Shown here one piece after another: positions 27,613 to 32,000 of a DNA stretch of 32,000 nucleotides (the stretch's first letter is position 1; the number at the start of each line of letters is the position of its first letter). Under the pieces are notes generated by a model that was not told the origin of the DNA, ran no database searches, and saw nothing but the letters and a program-made list of their open reading frames with translations. Location of the stretch: positions 4,625 to 36,624 of the forward strand of contig JBHICG010000025.1 in assembly GCA_046759445.1 (NCBI GenBank), given 5' to 3'. The position numbers and the translations under genes were made by a program. This stretch comes from Candidatus Scalinduaceae bacterium (GTDB taxonomy: Bacteria; Planctomycetota; Brocadiia; Brocadiales; Scalinduaceae).

Positions 27613-27788
27613 AATCCTGTAGCTTTAAGATATTGAGCAGCTATTGCTTCCGGTGATGAGATTGAGCAAGGGGTTGCAGTCTAATTCGGATACAAAGATT
27701 TGATTGATGTATTAAAGGTGAAAAAATCATCATAAAAGGGTTGTATCCCTTTCAGCCCTTTTCGAAATTATTCAGAGAGTGATCCTAG

Positions 27789-28469
27789 ATGGTAAGGGCA
27801 TGCGATATTATTAATAAAAAATATAATAAACTAGAAAGTAAATACGGCTCCACACGCTCAACACTCTTTGGGAGATTTTACGAGAAGATAATATCCAAAT
27901 GGTTAGAAGAAAGAGAAAAGTATACTCTAGAACGATGGCCAAATAATAAAGTAGTGCGTAAGCCACGGATTTATTGGAACAATATCTTCTTAGACAATTT
28001 TAACTTTAGTAAAGATTGGTTTGTAAGAGATGAAGTTGAGGAATCTCTGAATTTTTTGAAGAACAAAAAAAGTCATTGCACACTCGACGGTACTTTTAAG
28101 AAAAATGACAAGTTCTACATATGGGAAGCAAAAAATTGGCCTTTGTATCCAGAAAAAGGACCAAAACATCAAATAAGGAAATATCTTACTAACAATCCTT
28201 GGATATTTGACAAGAAGTTTGACATTGGCGGTAAAAATTACGAAATATCAGGATTTTTATTTTCTTTCTGGAATATGGAACTAAAGGATAAAACAGAAAT
28301 CGAAGAAGGAGTAAACCAAATTATAGGAGAAAATAAATTTAAAATTATTCTAACTCAAGCGATATTAGATGATTGTTTAGGTAAACAATATGACTGGTAT
28401 CGTGAAATAATAAAGGAAGAGAAAGCAAATATTGATGATTTTTTTGATCAGCTTCTTAGTAGAAAATAG
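27789..28469 (+). CDS. PD-(D/E)xK nuclease-fold protein (restriction-endonuclease-like), uncharacterised
   Basis: 226 aa. An N-terminal helix with conserved acidic residues (FYEKIISKWLEE) is followed by HCTLD(100)G and FYIWE(113)AK(115)NW, giving the D...ExK signature in strand-like contexts. No closer family was recognised. Confidence 0.5.
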   Translation: MVRACDIINKKYNKLESKYGSTRSTLFGRFYEKIISKWLEEREKYTLERWPNNKVVRKPRIYWNNIFLDNFNFSKDWFVRDEVEESLNFLKNKKSHCTLDGTFKKNDKFYIWEAKNWPLYPEKGPKHQIRKYLTNNPWIFDKKFDIGGKNYEISGFLFSFWNMELKDKTEIEEGVNQIIGENKFKIILTQAILDDCLGKQYDWYREIIKEEKANIDDFFDQLLSRK

Positions 28470-28520
28470 TCCTTTCAAATAGGCATTATCACCTAATAGA
28501 GTGAACCTTCTTTAAAAAAC

Positions 28521-29393
28521 ATGAATAGTGTCAAATGGTTACAGTTTTTTGAGCGAATTAGCTGTTTTTACAGGCAAATGCTAATGCTCCCATTATGGAG
28601 TAAATATCCACATCATGTCACAGACGGATGGGACTCTTTAGCTATATTTTTAGAGGGCTATGCTTTTGAAAGACAAGGAAGACGACCGGATTATTCTCAT
28701 GTAGCGATAGATGCTTTGATTGATTGCAAAAAGCAAAATAATGGTAACCTGACTACAGGCATAGTTAATTATGTTTGGCAGAGCTTTAAGGATAAACTTA
28801 GTAATAAAAGTTTAAATTATCAAAATAATCCTCTGTGTCCAAGAGGAAAGGAATATTCAAAACGTTACAAACAATCTATAAAGCATTGTCACACTCAACA
28901 ACCTTCCTTAATAGAGATGTTCTTGGAAAAAATTATGCCACAGGAATTAACCTTAACATCATATTTTCAAAATCGAATTATAGAAGATAATGAATCTCGA
29001 CCTTCATACGATTTATTGAAATCTGTTCAAGGAATAGGGAAAAAGGTTTCCTCTTTTTATCTTAGAGACTTAACAGATATGATGGATAGCATCACTCTTG
29101 AAAAGTTAAAAGATAGGCAACTGTTACAACCAATAGATATTTGGGTTGAAAGAACAGTGAAAATTTTAGCTGAAAGTAAGAATATGAAAGAAGATGAAAT
29201 AGCCAAATGGATAGTCGATAATTCAATACCACATATAAATCCTGAACGGGTTAATATGGGGATTTGGTTTTTCTGTTCTTCAATAGCAGGTAGTGAGTAT
29301 AGACTTAATAACGCTTTAATCAGTTTGAATAATGCTCAAACCTTAGTAAATCTTTTTATGAATAGAATTAAAAATGTGTGTAAAGATTGCTAA
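28521..29393 (+). CDS. HhH-GPD superfamily DNA glycosylase-like protein (Ogg/AGOG-like), uncharacterised
   Basis: 290 aa. LKSVQGIGKKVSSFYLRDL (residues 166-184) resembles the helix-hairpin-helix of Ogg/EndoIII enzymes (GxGxK...FLRN). Lys175 sits at the position of the catalytic Lys in bifunctional glycosylases. A downstream QPID(206)IWVERT resembles the catalytic-Asp segment (VDxHV). The HhH-to-Asp spacing is longer than in EndoIII. Confidence 0.45.
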   Translation: MNSVKWLQFFERISCFYRQMLMLPLWSKYPHHVTDGWDSLAIFLEGYAFERQGRRPDYSHVAIDALIDCKKQNNGNLTTGIVNYVWQSFKDKLSNKSLNYQNNPLCPRGKEYSKRYKQSIKHCHTQQPSLIEMFLEKIMPQELTLTSYFQNRIIEDNESRPSYDLLKSVQGIGKKVSSFYLRDLTDMMDSITLEKLKDRQLLQPIDIWVERTVKILAESKNMKEDEIAKWIVDNSIPHINPERVNMGIWFFCSSIAGSEYRLNNALISLNNAQTLVNLFMNRIKNVCKDC

Positions 29394-29936
29394 ACTATAG
29401 GGAAAGTTCCATCAACGCTATACATATAAGGACAGACACTTTTTATTGCTTATTCTGGGTCAGGAGAGCAGGAGAGGGGTCAAGTCCTTCTTTGACTACA
29501 TGAAAAATATAGGGTTAGGTCTTGCAATATCACAAATAAACATAATCACATCTTTTTACCTTTGCCCCCTTTACTTCGGCAAGGAACAAATAAGGACCGT
29601 TTAAAAATTTATGAGGAAATACAATGGTAATTTGAAGTAGCTAAGAAAGAATGAAAGAAATTGTTTCGCAAGAAATTATAAAGAATAACCTGCATGCCTG
29701 TAGATCATCGAGAAATTCTTTTTGAAAATGCGAAATTACAATCTTTTGTACAATCAGGAAATTCGCCAAATGTTATATAGTTGTTGATATTTGTAGTATG
29801 TTTCTACATAATTACTTACATTGATTTGATTTGTGTTAAATAATTGATGCGAGATTGCAAAAAAAATCCATCTTTATCAAAAGAATAAAAAAAAAGTACA
29901 TATCGAGTATACATTATACTTTAAGGAATTATAAAT

Positions 29937-30266
29937 ATGAAACTTTCTATAAAAGAAAGAGCGATAGTTGAAGAATTCAGACAAATAATAAACGACAAAT
30001 TCCCTGATGAAATTATAGATGTATTGGTATTTGGCTCTAAAGCAAGGGGAGACGCAACGAAAGAATCAGATATTGATGTTTTAGTAATTACGTCATCAAA
30101 TAATTGGAAAAAAGGTGATGAAATTAGAGAGATCGGTTATGGACTAGACGATGAAATAGATTATAAATTATCAATTCAAGTTATTTCAAAATCACACCTT
30201 GATTATCTAAGGCAAAATAATTTTCAGTTTGTTGCAAATATAGAAAATGAAGGTATTATTGTATGA
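29937..30266 (+). CDS. Nucleotidyltransferase-domain antitoxin (MNT)
   Basis: 109 aa with the minimal nucleotidyltransferase signature VFGSKARGDATKESDIDVLV (GSxxRG...DxD). Overlaps the downstream HEPN gene by 4 nt. Confidence 0.85.
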   Translation: MKLSIKERAIVEEFRQIINDKFPDEIIDVLVFGSKARGDATKESDIDVLVITSSNNWKKGDEIREIGYGLDDEIDYKLSIQVISKSHLDYLRQNNFQFVANIENEGIIV

Positions 30267-30667
30267 AACATATCTATGAGGAAGAGATAAGACTAGAGAT
30301 AGAGAGAAGTAAAAAAGCATTGGATGCCGCTAAAAAGCTTTTTGAAGAAGAACTGTTTGAAGACGCAATTTCTCGTTCTTATTATGCGGTTTTACATGCA
30401 GCAAAGGCGGCTTTGCTTGGAGATCACATAATAGTTGATTCACATGAAGCAGTGAAAAGGCTCTTTGGTATGCATTTGGTCAAGACAGGAAAAGTTGATG
30501 CTAAATTCTCTAAGATTCTTCGAGAAGAGCAAGATGAACGTTTTTTGGCTGATTATGATGTATCATTTTCACCTGAAAAAGAACGCGTAGAAAAGAGAAT
30601 TAAAGACGCAGTGTGTTTTTTTGATGCAATGAGTTCATACCTTAAACAAAAGGATATTGATTTTTAA
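30263..30667 (+). CDS. HEPN-domain toxin
   Basis: 134 aa all-helical protein with the HEPN-family pattern (AISRSYYAVLHAAKAALL, RLFGMH as an Rx4H-like element, EEQDERFLADYD). ATGA overlap with the MNT gene at 30263-30266. Confidence 0.8.
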   Translation: MKHIYEEEIRLEIERSKKALDAAKKLFEEELFEDAISRSYYAVLHAAKAALLGDHIIVDSHEAVKRLFGMHLVKTGKVDAKFSKILREEQDERFLADYDVSFSPEKERVEKRIKDAVCFFDAMSSYLKQKDIDF

Positions 30668-30679
30668 CAATAATAACGA

Positions 30680-30700
30680 TTCGTTCCAAAGCTGAACGAA
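30680..30700. terminator. Hairpin in the convergent gap between the HEPN gene and proA
   Basis: TTCGTTC (30680-30686) pairs with GAACGAA (30694-30700) across a 7-nt loop. A T-rich tract follows only when read on the minus strand (downstream of proA). Short stem, so low confidence. Confidence 0.3.
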
Positions 30701-30778
30701 ATACAGTCAGGCGTAATCCTATTGTTGACGAATGATTCAATCCGCCAGGGTTATCTTTGCCATTTTTTCCAACGGATT

Positions 30779-32000
30779 TTACTGACGTATCTGCCCATTA
30801 CCGTGGACGATGTATTTGTATGATGTGAGCTCGTTCAGACCCATTGGACCACGGGCATGGAGTTTGTCTGTACTGATGCCAATTTCGGCTCCCATTCCGA
30901 ATTCATAACCATCGGTGAAGCGAGTGGATGCATTTACGTACACGGCTGCTGAATCAACCTCATCTGTGAATTTCTTCGCATTAGGTTCGTTCTCGGTTAT
31001 TATGGCATCCGAATGTGAGGAACCGTAAACTGTGATATGATCAATGGCCTCTTCAATAGAAGATACAATTTTTACTGAAAGTATCTTTTCCAGATACTCT
31101 GTTGACCAATCTTCTTCGGTGGCCGGTTTTATGTCAGGGAGAATCTTACGGCTCTTTTCACACCCCCTCAACTCGACCCCAGAATCTGATATACTCCTGG
31201 AAATATCTGAAAGGAATGTTTTTGATATCTTTTCATGCACCAGCATCGTCTCCATTGCATTACACGTACCCGGTCTCTGAATCTTTGCATTGAGGCATAC
31301 GTCCTTTGCCATGCTCAGATTGGCAAATTCATCTACATATATATGGCATATACCCTTAAAATGTTTAATTACGGGAATGGTTGAGTTCTCAACCACGTTT
31401 CGTATCAAACCCTCTCCACCTCGAGGAATCACCAAATCTACATATTCATCTGCCTTAAGAAGGCAGTCAACGGCCTCTCGATCAGTAGTTTCGATTACCT
31501 GAATGGCTTTTTTGTCAAGACCAACCTTTTCAAGTGCCAAACTCATTTGCTCGTAAATGGCAATATTGGAATTTATTGATTCCTTACCACCCCGAAGTAT
31601 TGTTGCATTGCCAGTCTTCAGGCAGAGAGAAGCAGCATCTGCTGTAACATTTGGTCTGGATTCATAGATAATTATTATAACGCCTATGGGCACTCTGACT
31701 TTTTGAATTTTTAAGCCATTTGGACGGACAATCTCTTCCAACATCTCACCAACAGGGTCTTTAAGGTTTATGACCTCTCTTATACCTTTTGCCATATCCT
31801 CTATTCGCGAATCCGTTAACCTCAACCTGTCAATCATGGCAGAAGATGAGCCAGCTTTTTCAGCGGCCTTTATGTCTTTTTCATTTTCTACCATTATGCT
31901 TGTCTTACCGTTCAAGAGATTGTGTGCCATTTGTTCAAGAGCGGCATTTTTTACTGAACTACTGGCAGTGGCCATTATGTTTGACGCTTTTTTGGCATCA
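30779..32000 (-). CDS. proA: Gamma-glutamyl phosphate reductase (partial; true N-terminus beyond the window end)
   Basis: Catalytic Cys context PGTCNAMETMLVH and ProA-like sequence throughout. The track ORF starts at Met 31975, but the frame stays open to 32000 (..DAKKASNI-MATASS..). That upstream stretch aligns with the usual ProA N-terminal AAKxAS region, so the start is off-window. Confidence 0.9.
   Translation of the reverse strand, partial: DAKKASNIMATASSSVKNAALEQMAHNLLNGKTSIMVENEKDIKAAEKAGSSSAMIDRLRLTDSRIEDMAKGIREVINLKDPVGEMLEEIVRPNGLKIQKVRVPIGVIIIIYESRPNVTADAASLCLKTGNATILRGGKESINSNIAIYEQMSLALEKVGLDKKAIQVIETTDREAVDCLLKADEYVDLVIPRGGEGLIRNVVENSTIPVIKHFKGICHIYVDEFANLSMAKDVCLNAKIQRPGTCNAMETMLVHEKISKTFLSDISRSISDSGVELRGCEKSRKILPDIKPATEEDWSTEYLEKILSVKIVSSIEEAIDHITVYGSSHSDAIITENEPNAKKFTDEVDSAAVYVNASTRFTDGYEFGMGAEIGISTDKLHARGPMGLNELTSYKYIVHGNGQIRQ

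Noticed and set aside
31975-31975. Met at 31975 as the proA start
   Set aside because: The reading frame stays open upstream to the window edge, and the upstream residues (DAKKASNI) align with the conserved ProA N-terminal region. The gene is therefore 5'-truncated by the window.

Overview
AT-rich bacterial chromosomal window with about 26 genes, compactly packed. Positions 1-14569 are all on the minus strand: a partial ChlI/MoxR-like AAA+ ATPase, gyrA, an MBL-fold hydrolase, a tandem NDK-like protein, dnaE, a sigma-54-dependent response regulator, a polytopic GAF histidine kinase, and a SPASM/twitch radical SAM enzyme. A 0.5-kb divergent intergenic region leads into the most interesting locus, a tightly packed plus-strand operon (15095-21395). 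It encodes a dedicated ACP, FabZ, an intact FabF-like ketosynthase, a ketosynthase paralog lacking the active-site Cys (CLF-like), a CrtI-like FAD desaturase, and an overlap-coupled B12-binding radical SAM enzyme. As far as I recall, this gene set and order match one of the candidate ladderane-lipid clusters proposed for anammox Planctomycetota. Their chemistry is still unproven. The taxonomic assignment is inference only. Housekeeping genes follow: a Yip1-like membrane protein, kdsB, pyrG, a DUF1844-like protein, two small overlapping helical proteins, and a large permease. After the permease comes a visibly more AT-rich accessory islet (about 27.5-30.7 kb). It starts with a 54-nt-period tandem repeat and contains a PD-(D/E)xK nuclease-like gene, an HhH-GPD/Ogg-like DNA glycosylase-like gene, and an MNT-HEPN toxin-antitoxin pair. 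The nuclease/glycosylase pair is a candidate uncharacterised base-excision restriction or defence module. The window ends in a 5'-truncated proA on the minus strand. I found no rRNA, tRNA, CRISPR array or transposase. All family calls rest on motif recognition in the supplied translations; no database search was possible.
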